From Octopus bimaculoides (lineage: Eukaryota), in the NCBI RefSeq assembly GCF_001194135.2, contig NC_068985.1:80674084-80730804 (forward strand): a stretch of DNA of 56,721 bases, written 5' to 3'. The position numbers and the translations under genes were made by a program. Numbering within the stretch: the stretch's first letter is position 1; each line of letters begins with the position of its first letter. The notes under the pieces are model-generated. The model made no database searches. It saw only the letters and a list, made by a program, of their open reading frames with translations, and had not been told where the DNA came from. Below, one piece after another: positions 9,121 through 23,229 of the stretch.

Positions 9121-12100
9121 CTCTACATTTTTGTCAGGAATTATTATTGACCTTATATTTGGGGTCTGCTAGAAAGTTGCTATTATGTTCATATAGGGTT
9201 TAATAGGGCTTATATATAGTTGAATATATCCCTCTGTTGTCTATATTTAACTTAGATACTAGTGTTTGTTTTGCCTTATTACTTTTGTATGTTTTTGTTA
9301 TGTTGTTGATGAGAGTTTGAGATGATAAAAAAAATCTAATTTAATCACTCTTAGGTATAGATATCAATAAATGTGAATATGTATTTTGAATGCATAATTT
9401 TATATATACATATATATATACTCATTATATCATAGACTATTACTGTAGATAAATGCCAATATAGTAGTATCATATTATTTTAATAATTGCTTTGCAATTC
9501 AGATGAGTATTATTTAGTAATAATTTCTCAGAGATATCTTTCTTGTTTTTGCTTTTTTTTATCTACATGAGACAGTGTCTCAGGTTGATAACATTATTCA
9601 GTCTCCAGAGTTTTCTTAACTTACACAAGTCTTTGTATTACCAAGCTTGCTTAATGCTGACTTTCACTTTTTTTTTTATATCTATATTAATCATTTCTCG
9701 ACTTGTAGCATCAATGAACATTATATTATATATATTTATATGCTGTCAAGATACTCTTAGTTTTCATGATAGTGTTTTGTAGAAAGTAAGGAATAGTATA
9801 AGTTTATCTTAAGGGATTTATAAGGAATCAAAGAATATCAAATATTTGGTCTCTCTTTTTGTATTCTTTTGCTTCTTTGGATCTTTCTCTATTATCAATT
9901 TTTTTGTCTAAAGCTATGTCACAAAGAAGCAAAAGGACAAAAAAAAAAAAGATTTCTGTTATATTATCTTGATTTAGTGAGGTAAAAAGAGTTATAAAGA
10001 ATATTTTATTTTATACAAAGCACTAAAGAGTGATCATTATGAATAAGATATTCTATATCAAAGATTCTGGAGACACCTTTATATCTACTAGATACATTAC
10101 AATAGTTTCCTTCTGAAGTGTCAAAAGACAAGGCTTTTTAAACATATCTTCTAGCTGTTTCTATTTAATACTTATTTTTTTTTTTATCATCACCACTTAG
10201 TGTTATCAATTTCTCATATTTTCTCAACTATAAAGATTTCTTAATCTTTCCTGCTCTTTCAGTTATTCAGATTTTTCTTATCTAATGGGGTTGCCTTTAT
10301 AAAGATTTATCTATCGTTTACCAACTAATTTATTCATTTTCAATCTTGCTTTGCACTTCAAATAGGACTTTTAGGTGTTCTTTTTCCTTTTTTTTGTTTG
10401 CTTTTAGTTGAACTCAAGACACTGAGGTAACAATAAAATTATACTTACATTTAAAGCATCAATTTTTTAAAATTGCAATATTTTCATAGTTAGCAAACTT
10501 TAAAATTTTCTTCCATATCTAAAATCATTTTGTTTATCTACTATTGATCATAATAACAGTTATGAAAGTGTTCATTTTGGTAATTTTAGAGAGAAGAAAA
10601 AAAAAAAAGTGAATGATGAAAACAATTTTGATGAATGGGTTTTGTGAAATAAACTTATTGAAATACAATAAAATGTCAAAAAAGAAAAAGATTAATAAAT
10701 GGGAAAATAAGAAAAGAAAATATGTGTAATTCCACTAAATAATTGTCTAATTATCGGTAAATAATCATGGTGATCTTTAAAATCAAGATCTAAAATTTAC
10801 AGTTATATTTAACATTGGAAAACATTTAATTTAATATTTTCTTGTCTGTAATTAAAAATGAAAAAAATGAATTCTTCTGCTTTAGCTACATTTTTTTCCA
10901 GTTTCATAAACATGATTTTTAAATAAGATATGTCTCATAATTTTCTTTGTTCTTTCATTTACATATATAAACACACACATACACACACACACACACATAC
11001 ACACACACATGTTTTATGTATATATGTATTTATATATAAATAATTAAAATTAGTTTATAATTAGTCAGATTGTGGTACCATATTTAATAAGACATTTGAC
11101 TTTTGATGCAGAAATAAATTTTATTTTAGTTTTGTTTTTTCAAATTTTGAAAACAGATTTTCAGTATTAATAGAAGAACTTTTGTTCTGCTACTAAGATT
11201 TTTGGTCCTTGTTCTGAACTCATTATCAAAAGCATCATTCTAAACACATCATTAAAAATTTTGCAATATAATTTATTGATTTGCTTGTTTGTGGGTACTG
11301 AAATATTTTCTTCAATATTGTGATACCTTTCCTTTATGCTAACATAAAGTCATTTCCCTCTGAGAATGTGTGTTACATGTTTTTGAGGAATTTATTTTAC
11401 ACCTAGATTTACTTACTATGATCAGTATGTAAACTGTAAGATGTAGAGATGCCTTTATATGGATAGATTTACTGAATCAATTATAATCACCTATCTAAGG
11501 TTTTAAGCTGTGAGAGTAATCAAAAGATTTTGCAAATAGTAAAAACAAGAAAATAATGTGTAATGAAATGACAATGATTTTCTAATAGTATAAACAATTA
11601 ATTAAGTATTTTAATGTATAAATTGAAGTTTGGTTATTCTGATGGGTGATGATCATTTTGGTGTTATTGTTTGCATGAGACCATCAAGTAAAAATCTGTC
11701 AAGTTAGTGTCGCTCTGATGAAGTGACTGAAGTATTAGAATCTTGGCTGATAATCTAGGATTTCGAATTGTACCTAAGGCACCATTCCATGCTCCTTTTA
11801 TTCAAAGTAATGTGTTTTAATTCGTTTGGTTGCTGGGAAGAAATGAAGGCTTTGTCTTCATGTAGTGATTCAAGATAAAATACATTGGTAGTGTCCCCCA
11901 TTGCAGTCTCCATGAAAATGAGCGAAACTGAAGTCAATAATAAAAGCTAATTAAAAGCTTCTCACTTGCATACTGCTAGAGAGGGAACATTTTGATATTT
12001 GTATTCTGTAATCACATCTGCAGTATAAACATAGCACTTAATTCCCAATAATTAAATTTACCTAGGTCTAATTGGTAGCATTGTGGAATTGATAAATGTC

Positions 12101-13378
12101 AAACTATTTTACATATCTGAATCCAACTGTTTTCCATAAGAATATTTAAATGCTGGTTGTGCTTAGCAGTGTTATTGCTTTGACTGCGCATGGTATAATT
12201 TGGCTGCTTTTGTTCATATTATTTTACCATACATAGCAATCCAATTATTATTAGTACTGTTTATACTTTTTGTCCAACTTTCTGCCTATTTCAGTTTTGA
12301 GATCCTTGTACTTTTGAAATTTCTCCACTTAATTATGGGAAATATTTTGGTCAGAAGGGATTAGTCTATGGCTATTATATCTGGATAATTTGCATTGATG
12401 TTCTTTTCAGTCAAAGGAGGCATATCTTAAATGATTATGGCCAACAGTATTTTGTACTTTTTCTGAGCATGAAACTGACATCTATGCAAAGAAGTTGGTA
12501 TTTACATTCTGCCAATTCCCTGGATAAAACATTTGTCACTTGACAGCTCAGTCCACCAGGTTGCTAGTAGGTGCTGTAAAATGGTTATCATTCTTCACTA
12601 TAAGTAGCAGCAGCATCGTGCTATTGGTGTTTGATGTATTGCTTTAGTGCTGATTTAGATAGGCTGTAATTGTATCTAGAGGGAGACCTGTCCATCAACT
12701 GTTTAACATTGTAGGAGCTGGAGACAACTACTAGTCCAGTGAGCAGTTGTTGGGCTATGTAGAGCAGGCTTAAATCACTTTTTAATATTTGAAAGGAAAC
12801 TAAATGTATTCAAGGTTAACTTTTTTATTCACTACCTTCATTGGAAAGTTTCATTCTGTACTAGGACTTATCCATCTTAATGATGTTGAATGTTGAGCTA
12901 AAAAGCTATCACAGATATTTCTCAGGAGGTGGATGCCACTTCTGTGATGTGAGGTTCTTATTACTCACGAGTTATACATCATTGTCATTTCTGTCAACAA
13001 CGAATTATGATAATTATTGTAGTACCTGTTTGTAGTGGTGAAGGTAATTATAAAAATGCCGATGCGAAGTCAGTGATAGGATCAGACCAGAAGTGAAATA
13101 TCGACCTTATTTCAAACTACTCTCCAAATACTTTTATAATCAGTGCTAAATAGTTATGGATATGTACATATGCGTGTAGTGTACATGATGTACTAAAACA
13201 ACTTTTCAAAAAGGTAATTTCTTAATAAAACATCTTCCCTTTTCTTTGAATTGGTGAGAAAAGGTTCCCTCAAAATTATTGGCTCATGTCATCTGGCACA
13301 CATGGACACCATTTCCTGAACAAGCTTGGTAATAACAATGGAATGTTTTTGGTGACTAAAAGAAGGGTTGTTCTTTAA

Positions 13379-13590
13379 CCCTTTAGTATTTAAACAGGCC
13401 ATATCCAGCCCGAATATGCTTCCTGTTTTATGCTCTAGCTAGTCAGATCCAACCTATCACATCTACCCTTCAATGCCATTCTAGAAATATACAATCTCAT
13501 CATTGAAACTTTATGGCTACAAAATAAAGCATGATTAATTATAAACAATGTCAATGAAAAAGCATAACATTTGACAAACATATTTTAAAT
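13379..13590. mobile_element. piggyBac-like MITE P1, right TIR lost
   Basis: TTAA 13375-13378, then CCCTTTAGTATTTAAAC. Body matches 20520-20749. Confidence 0.7.
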
Positions 13591-13621
13591 AGTCTATCTC
13601 TCCCTTACCTCATTAATTTAA

Positions 13622-13840
13622 CCCTCTTGTAACCATATTTCTGATAAAATACTGTCAATATATTTCCATTAAATCTTTAAAAAAAATCACGAATTTTGTT
13701 GCATTCAATAAAATAACTAACTTTTACATTTAGTTCTATGTTAAACTGGTATTTGGAACATAACAAGAAAAAAATGACTAAAATTGTAATGGATGATTTT
13801 AATTTAAATATGAAAATATTAAATCAGGCAGCTTTCTATA
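13622..13840. mobile_element. piggyBac-like MITE, family P2 (truncated)
   Basis: TTAA 13618-13621, then CCCTCTTGTAACCATATTTCTG. Body matches 31578-31799. Confidence 0.6.
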
Positions 13841-14283
13841 AGATAATCAAAAGTGATCTCAGGTATTCTGATTAAAAGAATTAAACCTGTCACAAAAACA
13901 TTTACCAGTGGTTATGTTCTCACCAGTATGGAATAGTTTTGACTACCAAGATAGTTAACTCTTAGTACAATATTTGTTAGATTTTGTATTGTGAAAGTAA
14001 TGATTGCTCTTTCAAAGAAACTGGGATACTTTAAGTTTACTATGTGAACTTGGGGCAAATTGCCAAAGGAAAGACCAAATAAACTTTATTTTCATCTTTA
14101 ATGTCTTTCAAACTAAAGATAAAGTTTTCATGCCATTCAGATTATCCAAAACATATAACTAGTTTAAAAGTCATTTATCTCATGAAATAACTTGATATTA
14201 ATGTTAATGTTTATATGAAAGTGAAGTAATTTAAATGAAAAATATATGCTTTCTACATTAATTCAAATAATAATAATAACAAT

Positions 14284-14493
14284 CCTGTTTTGTTTTGGTA
14301 TACGGTTAGCAAATTTGATGGATGGAGAAGTTGCTTACATTGACCCCAGTGCTCAACCAGTACTTATTTTATTGATCCCAAAGGATAAAAGGCAAAGTTG
14401 ACCATGATGGCATTTGAACTTAGAATGTAACATCTAAAGAAATGCTGCCATGCAGTTTGTCTGGCACAATTATGATTCTGCCAGCTCACCACT
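14284..14493 (-). mobile_element. SINE family A flanked on both sides by (AAT)n
   Basis: Reverse-complement head gtggtgagctggcagaatc and B-box taagttcaaatgcc. AAT tracts at 14266-14280 and 14499-14514. Confidence 0.8.
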
Positions 14494-15189
14494 TTGCAAA
14501 TAATAATGATAATAAAAAACAAAAAGAAATTAGAAAAATTAAAAGAAACGTTTACAGTTTACTGATTTTTCTTGAAATGTCACTTAGCTTAATTAACATT
14601 ATAACTAATGAATATACCTAGTGATATTTAAAACATCATTTTTCATAAGATGCTATTGCATCACAATGAAGATATTCAATGATGTTTAATACTTAACAAT
14701 ACATAGTAAAATTTGCTATAATTTCTTTTTTGTAGTAGAGAATCATTGTAATGCCACACTCTTTGTCAATATGCTAAAGTTGACATACTGTGCCAGTCTA
14801 CTTGTAAATTAATGCAAATGCTGTCATTGTCCTAATCACTTTTATTTTTGCCATTACCTAATCTATAAAGGTGAAATGATCAAGTTTATAAGATATTGAA
14901 CTACCAGCTCAAGGGTGTTAACTTCCAATTTCAAATCCACATGTATTGTGTATTAATGCAGAATTTAATTTTGTCTCAGATCAGTATACTTAATACTATA
15001 TACTTCAGTTAACCTAAGCTGTTGGGAATAGTTGCCACAGTAGCAAAGATTGTTATGTGTGAGAGACAGATATCTAATTCAGGAGTGATTAATTTCTCCT
15101 TGACAGTACACTAGTTGTTTAATGTCAGAAATCCCAGGTTAAACACTTAAGAAAATCACAGCAGAAGTTTCCTTACTGTTCCATAGTTA

Positions 15190-15556
15190 TTATTTACAAC
15201 TAAGTGTACTAAGATGTGCTTTCATAAAGCATAGCCTAGATGCTGCAGGCTTCTCTTCCCAGCTTGAGCAAATAGGACTAGACTGAGGGGGTGATAAAAG
15301 GCCTGACGGTATGACAATTTTCCGTTCTGTGACAGTAGGCCTCTCATTTGTTGTATTGGTTGTTCTCTGACAGGTCAAGCCTGTGGCAGTGAAGACCTCT
15401 GACATTCCTAGCCATATCCCTACTCACTCCTATTGGGTGGAGATAGCTATCTGCAAGTGTGAGCCCTGTGAGTCAGAGTGATTGTTCCAGTGCATATCTC
15501 TCGCCATCTTCTGGGGCAACACCTTTTCCATTTGTCTGCGGGGAACCTTAGACAGT
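15190..15556 (-). mobile_element. Degenerate L1/Tx1-like LINE endonuclease relic
   Basis: Minus frame GLTLADSYLHPIG...HRLDLS resembles LxDxWRxxHP...SRLD. A degraded GLSDH-like stretch (ggccttttatcac) follows. Stops and frameshifts are present. Confidence 0.4.
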
Positions 15557-16813
15557 CTGAATTACAGGAAATGAAGAGAATGTAAGGATTTCGCAGCTTA
15601 CTACACAAACGGTAAACTTATACAATCCCTCTCCATAAACTACCCCAATGTAATGATTATCTTCGATTAATGTACTAAGCTATTTGAATGCTAGTAACAC
15701 TATTACAAACAACAGAACATTCAGTAGAAAGTCTTACACTTCCAGTTTGATCAGCTGTGATGTCTTGAATACACTTAGGGAGTAATCAGCAGATTTTTTG
15801 ATAATTACTAATTCTGACAAGTTTGGTAAAGTAGAGGAATGTTCTTAGCAAGCTGAGGCCACAATCTGATTTTGCTTTTCAGTTGTGACTACTCCACTTT
15901 CCTTAAACTTCTTATGCCTTTAATGACAAACTTTACTCAATTTCATTTCTCCTCTGATATCTCTGAAGCATTGTGCCTGCATTGGTAAACAGGAAAATGT
16001 AACTTGATATTTGGGTCTTGGTTGAAGTCGTTTTACTCCACTTACATTACTAAAAATATTAGGAGTAATATGAATGCCACAACTTCACACTTTTTCCATC
16101 TGCAAAATTTACCTGGCTACAAGCAATATGTAATAAAGAAATGTCAGTGCTCTCATAATTTTTTGATTAGTATCACTAATGGTTGGTTACAATTTTCAAT
16201 AGTTGAAGAGGATATTCTTATAATAGTAGGTGCCTGTGCATAGTAACTTTAACATGGGATTGCCTATTTCTTGCTAGCCACACATATAGTTTATCATCAG
16301 ATCCACAGTTGAGCTTCAAGGGAAGGGTAGGGCAGATAAGACTGGTGTGCTGTAGTCAAAGACTTAATTTTTGAACTGGTTTCTTTAGATCCTCTAGAGA
16401 ACTTCAACTCAATACTGTAAACTAACAAACCACCTAGCAATGTTATATTACTGCTGCTTACATAAGTGAATTGGTGAATTTTTCCTGCCCTGCAGTACCT
16501 ATTTACAGCTAGGTTGGCTTGACTATTTGAGAATTAAGTGTCATGGCCATGGAGACACAGTGGCAGGATGTGAACTGCAAACTTTTTGGTTGGTTGGCCA
16601 TCTATGTTCTCACAGTGATGATTATGAAGGCAATAAAAATTACCACCAACCTTCCATCACCATTATCAATACAATTTAATTTATAGTTTAAGCAGAAAAT
16701 GCCAATACCTCTAATAACGTATATTTAATAGTATTATATTCCAATAACAAAGTTGAAATAACGAATTAATCAACTTAATCAATACAGTGTAAATTAAACA
16801 TACACATAAGCCT

Positions 16814-16870
<57 letters not shown>

Positions 16871-17290
16871 NNNNNNNNNNNNNNNNNNNNNNNNNNNNNN
16901 NNNNNNNNNNNNNNNNNNNNNNNNNNNNNNNNNNNNNNNNNNNNNNNNNNNNNNNNNNNNNNNNNNNNNNNNNNNNNNNNNNNNNNNNNNNNNNNNNNNN
17001 NNNNNNNNNNNNNNNNNNNNNNNNNNNNNNNNNNNNNNNNNNNNNNNNNNNNNNNNNNNNNNNNNNNNNNNNNNNNNNNNNNNNNNNNNNNNNNNNNNNN
17101 NNNNNNNNNNNNNNNNNNNNNNNNNNNNNNNNNNNNNNNNNNNNNNNNNNNNNNNNNNNNNNNNNNNNNNNNNNNNNNNNNNNNNNNNNNNNNNNNNNNN
17201 NNNNNNNNNNNNNNNNNNNNNNNNNNNNNNNNNNNNNNNNNNNNNNNNNNNNNNNNNNNNNNNNNNNNNNNNNNNNNNNNNNNNNNNNNN
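16871..17290. other. Assembly gap (N420) inside (TA)n
   Basis: N run flanked by (TA)n. Confidence 0.99.
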
Positions 17291-17326
<36 letters not shown>

Positions 17327-19452
17327 ACACATACATACACACATCTCTCTTTCATTCTTTTTTTTCTTTCATATAAGATCTTAATATTTATAATAAAAGT
17401 ATGAAGTAATTTTTTTACACATTTTTATTACTGATAATTTCCTTTTCAGTTTGTGAACAAAATTTTGTAAATGAGCTTATGGAAATAATTAAAAGCAAAA
17501 ATTTACTGTGTCTAATATATCTGTAATACATTTCCTGTTGTGTCTTAATGAAAAATATATCAATTGTATAGGATATTCTTCTTGTGCTATTCCCCAGAAA
17601 TTAAGATTGAGGAGAAATGTCTGCCAACATAATTCTGGCACTATCTCTACTCCTACCCCACTTGAGTTGCCTAATATTATATGGCAATTTTCAATTAATT
17701 ACTGAGATTGCCAATATGAAAAGTTTCACATTTTTTAGTGTGCTACTCCCTGCCTTAAAACAAAGTAAAAGTGTCAGTCATATGAAAAAATAAATTTGCT
17801 AAACTTTGAAGCCTAATTTTGTATGAGTTCAATCCCAGTTCAAGTACTTGTTCATAGATATGCTAAATATAGATCTTGATATCAGTGAAAATGTTCCAAA
17901 AGGCATAAAAATGTTTTTCCTATCAAAATCCTGAACTATGGCAACTGAAGGAAGCACCATACATTTGTAGCTTCTGGCTCATAGATGAGAAAAATATAAG
18001 TTTATATACTTATGCATCATATAACATTTAGCTTGAAAGTATGTGTTAAGGTGAGGCTTGGGCTTGACATCCCATTTACTCAAGAAAATTGTGCACACGA
18101 TACTCCACCTCCCTCACATTTTCACAGGACTCACAGTTGAAAAGTCAGCAGTATAACCAAATAGGGAGGTTGCATTCATCAGTATTGGTTGGGAATTTGC
18201 ATAAGAAAAGGACAACTCCAACTCCAAACCTGAGTCGATATGGTGACATAATATGAGCTACCAATTCATTAGCAGTCAGTTTGGCATTATGTTGATTCTA
18301 CTTCTCAGTTGTTATACTACTTCTCTTACTAGATCAGATTCCTTTGGGCAGTTATTCACCACTCTATCAATTCAGTATTTGTACATTGTTAGTGTCAAGA
18401 TACAAACTGCTAATATTTGTCCTGCAGGCCAGCACTCTAGTGATGCAGTCAATTACAATACTTGAACCATTTTCATCATCATATATGTTTTTGTTAAATC
18501 AATATTTTTACCTCATAATAATTACATTGTTTATATTGCACTGGGAGAAAAGAATAAGTTTTGTTGTTCTCCTTGAGTAAGAATTATGGTGCAGAAGAAG
18601 CAAATCAAATTAAGCATTTTCTCAATATTTCTAGCCATGTTCATTCATCCCATTTTTCTTGTGAGACATGCTGACCCTAAGATTTAAGACTTAAGACATG
18701 TATGCTTCATTTTTAAATATTGTAGAGAGTATAATTTATTTTAAGGAAGATTTGGTTTCTGCAATGAGCAGGTCAAGTAGCTATATAGAAAGAAACTCCC
18801 CCATTAGCTCAACTGAAAAAAGGTAAAAAAAAAAAAATTGCATGAAATAAATTTGATTCATGATGTGTATTTTCACACACCTTTATTATGAAAAGAAAAG
18901 CAGAAAAATAAAAAAAATAATAGCATTAAAAAAAATATATTTGTTGTTTTTACAATTGATTTCAGCATGCATTATTTATTTTTTTTTCTAACACACTAAT
19001 AAACAACATTACTGTGAAATGAATAGTTACAATGTCACCATAAAATACCATTTTTATCACCAACAAGCATGAGAAATTTTGATGCCAGCAGACAATCTCA
19101 TGTCACTTTATTGATCTTAACTGTGCTTCAGCAGGCATTTTGGTTTTCTAAGACTGAAAATAATACTACTGGTCAGAGAATAGTGAAGGTATTTGTGTTA
19201 GTTATAATCTCTCATTCTGCTTGAATTCTTCTATGATTTTAGTCTAAAATTTCTGGGTTGTTGAATTTTGTTGCTAAAGAAACTGTTCTGTTTACTCTTG
19301 TTACTATGATTAGAAGTATTTTGTAATTCCTCCTGTCCAACACCAAACTCTCCATGTTGACCTGTCACGCTCTCGCTTTCACCAATTTTAGATTTCAGGA
19401 AGATTTAAAGCTGTTTTTCTATCTACAATATCCACCTTCATATCCATATGTA

Positions 19453-19680
19453 TTGAGTTGTCCGGAAAGTTTGTACCGATTTTTAAAGGAAAGAAAAAGG
19501 TCAATAAATACTTGCCATTACATTTTTAATCAACCACATACGAACCATTTTGTTGAACAATGTGTCTCCATCTTTCCTTTAACTTGAAAATACCCTCTTC
19601 CCAGAATTGAGGTGGTTTCATGGCAAATAAGTCGAAAGGTAAGCTACTATAAATCAGCACAAACTTTCCGGACAACTCAA
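19453..19680 (-). mobile_element. 228-bp mariner deletion derivative (MITE)
   Basis: 30-bp TIRs TTGAGTTGTCCGGAAAGTTTGT(A/G)C(C/T)GATTT, 28/30 identical. TA TSD at 19451-19452 and 19681-19682. The internal minus strand encodes a transposase C-terminus FAMKPPQFWEEGIFKLKERWRHIVQQNGSYVVD*. Confidence 0.92.
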
Positions 19681-20043
19681 TATATAAAAACATTTTTGTT
19701 TATGAAAAGAAATTTGTTGTGTAAATGTTTTTGATGTATAAAATATATTTTTTACCTGCAAAAGTTTTATGCAATTTATATTTATTGGCAAAATGTGATA
19801 GTAATTTTGTATACATCTTTTAAAACTAATGTTCTTTTATCATATCGTGTACATTTTTGAAAATATATCTCTACTGATAAATTTACTTTCAAAAGAATAT
19901 AAAGTAATGATATAAGAGGAATCAATAGCTTAAGATTTTAGAATGTTATCTTCATTGAAATGTTCTTTTTGTAACATAAGCTAAACTGACAGAAGCAACA
20001 ATAAAATTTTATGTATCCTAATCATTGTTATTATTGGTAGTGA

Positions 20044-20315
20044 GGGTGGGTGGCCTAGTGGCTAGGGTGTTGCATTCATGATTGCAAGATCATGAGTTTG
20101 ATTTCCAGATCAGGTGGTGCATTGTATTCTTGATCGAAACACTTCATCTCACATAATCACTTTAACATCTGGCAACAAAGTGCACCTGTACAAGCAGTGT
20201 TGATCTGATGGAGGAAGTGAGCTAATGTACAGCACAAACATTTGAGTCTATAAACAAGTCATCTGTGTTGGTTGTTCAGCAAGAAATTGAAGAATAGTCT
20301 TTATCAGACTTGAGA
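20044..20315 (+). mobile_element. tRNA-derived SINE family D
   Basis: gtggcctagtggctagggtgttgc (A-box), atgagtttgatttcc (B-box-like), cttgatcgaaacacttcatctcac block. Confidence 0.7.
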
Positions 20316-20332
20316 TACTTCAGTTAATTATT

Positions 20333-20515
20333 GGTAGCGTCTTTAAAGCATTAGGAAAAATGCTTTGCTGTATTTTATTTTGCTCTTTATGGACTGAGTT
20401 CAAATTCCACTGAGGTTAACTTTGCCTTTCAAATCTCTGGGGTTCATGAAATAAAGTACCAATCAAGTGCTGGTGTCAGTTGACTTCAGTCTTGTGTCTG
20501 TGATAGAAACAATAT
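20333..20515 (+). mobile_element. Degenerate SINE family A
   Basis: aaaatgctttgc...gagttcaaattccactgaggttaactttgcctttc...gatagaaacaatatt. Confidence 0.7.
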
Positions 20516-20519
20516 TTAA

Positions 20520-20749
20520 CTCTTTAGCATTTAATCTAACTATATCTGGCCAAAATATTCTACCTGCTTTATGTTCAAAGTAGTCATATCTGGCCTTTCA
20601 AACCTACCCTACAGTATCATTCTAAAAATAAATTACCACACCATCAAAATCTTGAAGCTATTAGTAAGTTATAGTAAGTCATGCTTACTATAAAACATTG
20701 TGAAGAAATAAGTATTACATTTAAAAGAATAATTTAAATGCTAAAAGGG
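20520..20749. mobile_element. Complete piggyBac-like MITE P1
   Basis: TTAA (20516-20519), CTCTTTAGCATTTAA ... TTAAATGCTAAAAGGG, TTAA (20750-20753). Confidence 0.85.
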
Positions 20750-20880
20750 TTAAATGATGCCAGATTGACCGACTCCTTTGATTATCTAGCAAAAATATTT
20801 TAGTAATTAGTCATTGCTATTTAGTGTTTTGTCTGCCAAGTAAATATCCTCTGTGTGCTGTGTCTGTTGTGCTATTGTGT

Positions 20881-21205
20881 GAAGTCACATAGCTTAGAGA
20901 TTAGCATATTCAGCTTGTGATCGTAAGGTTATGAGTACGATGCTTGATGGCACATTGTGTCCTTGAGCAAGACACTTCATTTCATGTTGCTCTAGTTCAC
21001 TCATTTGGCACAAATGAGTTGTACCTGTATTTCAAAAGGCCAGCGTTATTGCATTCTGTGTCATGCTGACTCTCCCCAAGAACTACATTAAGGGTGTGCA
21101 TGTTTGTGGAACGCTCAGTCACTTGCATGTTAACATCATGAGCAGGCTGTTCTGTTGATTGGATCAAGTGGAACACTTGTTCTTGTAACCAACGGAGTGT
21201 CTGGA
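20881..21205 (+). mobile_element. SINE family D
   Basis: Degenerate tRNA head, gtgtccttgagcaagacacttcatttcatgttgctc block, and a body shared with 20044 and 53347. Confidence 0.7.
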
Positions 21206-21565
21206 TAGTGCTAGATGGTGAATATGTTTCAAATGTGTTGTGTGATTTGATTTATGTGTTTCAATGTGAGATGGTTATGATTTGGTTATTGTGTATAATA
21301 TATGGTGTGGCTTGAGTTGCATTGCAGCAGTTTAGAACATTACTTGTTTGAGTTGTTGGCATTATAGTTTTGGGTGTAAGTGTTGTGTCATTTTGTTGAT
21401 TGGTGACTATGTATAATATGGGTGGTTATTGTATTGGGCATTTGTTGTGTGCAGAGGCTATGCGGAGTTGTGGTTTTGAACTGAAAATAACTTACACAGG
21501 ATGTCGGCTGGATCCTAATGAACTACTTTTTAATAACGATAATAATAATGATAATAATAATAATA

Positions 21566-21753
21566 ACAATAATAATAATCCTTTCTACTGTAGTTGATTT
21601 CATCAATTCCTGTACTCGACTAGTACTTATTTTATTGACTCCAAAAGGATGAAAGGCAAAGTCGCCCTTGGCAGCATTTGAACTCAGATGTAAAGATGGA
21701 TGAAATGTTGCTAAGCATTTTCTCTGGTGAGCTAACAATTCTGCCAGCTCACT
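21566..21753 (-). mobile_element. SINE family A with (ATT)n tail
   Basis: Reverse-complement head acagtgagctggcagaattgttagc and B-box gagttcaaatgc. Tail gaaaggattattattatt runs into the AAT tract 21533-21578. Confidence 0.8.
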
Positions 21754-21754
21754 G

Positions 21755-22489
21755 TCTTGAACTACCAAGCCAATGTGATAAAAAATAGAGCTGACCCAAA
21801 ATGCCGATTTTGTAATGATGCGATTGAAACTATAGACCACCTAATCTCAGGGTGTAGAGTCTTAGCACCTGTAGAATATAAAGCAAGACATGACAGAGTT
21901 GGCCAGTATTTACACTGGACAATATGTCAGCATTATAAAATCAAAACCGCTGACAAATGGTATAAACACCATCCTGAAGCTGTGACTGAGGGACAAAATG
22001 TATCGATTCTCTGGGACTTCCCCGTACATACTGACAAGACTATAAAAGCTAATAAACCGGATATTATTATAAAAGATCAGACAAAGAAGACGTGTTTATT
22101 NNNNNNNNNNNNNNNNNNNNNNNNNNNNNNNNNNNNNNNNNNNNNNNNNNNNNNNNNNNNNNNNNNNNNNNNNNNNNNNNNNNNNNNNNNNNNNNNNNNN
22201 NNNNNNNNNNNNNNNNNNNNNNNNNNNNNNNNNNNNNNNNNNNNNNNNNNNNNNNNNNNNNNNNNNNNNNNNNNNNNNNNNNNCGCTGTGAAAACAACAT
22301 CCATTCATGAACTTTTAAAAAAAATTTTTTTAATTAAAAAAAATTTTTTTTTTCTTAAATACATGTTTTACCTGTGAATTTGTGTGTGTAAACTGGGAAT
22401 GCATACAACGAGTTTCTCTGCCCCAGGTGTACGGAAAACACTCAGCGAGAAATGGAAGAAAGTTTGAAGAAAGAAGAAAAAAAAACAAC

Positions 22490-22490
<1 letters not shown>
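21755..22490 (+). mobile_element. 5'-truncated Dong/R4-clade LINE (CCHC knuckle, RLE endonuclease, 3' UTR)
   Basis: CRFCNDAIETIDHLISGC knuckle, RHDRVGQYLHW, ILWDFPVHTD, NKPDII (RLE PD..D). The frame stays open across the N183 gap, whose size fits the ~61 missing residues. Ends in (TAA)n at 22491-22527. Confidence 0.9.
22101..22283. other. Assembly gap (N183) within the R4 fragment
   Basis: N run. Confidence 0.99.
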
Positions 22491-22527
<37 letters not shown>

Positions 22528-22529
<2 letters not shown>

Positions 22530-22744
22530 TGGTTTCAAATTTAGCCACAAGGACAGCAATTCTGGGGGAGGGGCTGAGTCAATTACATCGAACCCAGTGT
22601 TCAACTGGTACTTATTTTATCAACCTCGAAAGGATGAAAAGCAAAGTCGACCTCGGCAGAATTTGAGCTCAAAATATAAAGACAGACGAAATGCCACTAA
22701 GCATTTTACCTGGAGTTTTAACAATTTTGCCATCTTGCCACCTC
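22528..22744 (-). mobile_element. SINE family A flanked on both sides by (AAT)n
   Basis: Reverse-complement head gaggtggcaagatggcaaaattg and B-box gagctcaaattctgcc. AAT tracts at 22491-22527 and 22745-22813. Confidence 0.85.
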
Positions 22745-22746
22745 AA

Positions 22747-22784
<38 letters not shown>

Positions 22785-23229
22785 ATGATAATAATAATAA
22801 TAATAATAATAATGAAGGAAAGGTGTTTAACTTAAAATGCTTCTCCTTCCTTCTTGTTTAAATCTTAAATTCCTAAAATTTGAACTCTATTTATTCATAG
22901 ACATATGAAAATTAGCTGTCTGAAACACTCTGACTGCTACAATGCTGAACCTGTTGTTGAATGCACATGTATTTCCTCTCTCTCTGTCTCTCTGTCCCTC
23001 TGTCTCTCTGTCCCTCTGTCTTTTCACCACCACTCTCTCTGTCTTTCTGTCTGTCTCTCTCTCCCTCTATCACTTTCTTCACTACTTTTGAAGATAACTT
23101 GTTGATATCATAAAATTCTTCAACCGAAATCGCACTTTCACAGACAAGTTCAAGCAGTAAGCTAGTTTTCCATTAGATTCAGATTAACACTTCTCCTTCC
23201 TTCTTTGGTTCAATCTTAAATTTACAGGT

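Noticed and set aside
12480-13130. Possible minus-strand mariner relic (TWWTELSSDKCFIQGIGRM)
   Set aside because: The similarity is too weak and no TIRs were found.
15190-15405. Minus-strand ORF containing IPSGLLSPPQSS, similar to the cyclin E phosphodegron LLTPPQS, with an acceptor-like site at 15557
   Set aside because: Two in-frame stops lie between the acceptor and the ORF, there is no other cyclin similarity, and another frame fits an L1/Tx1 endonuclease relic better.
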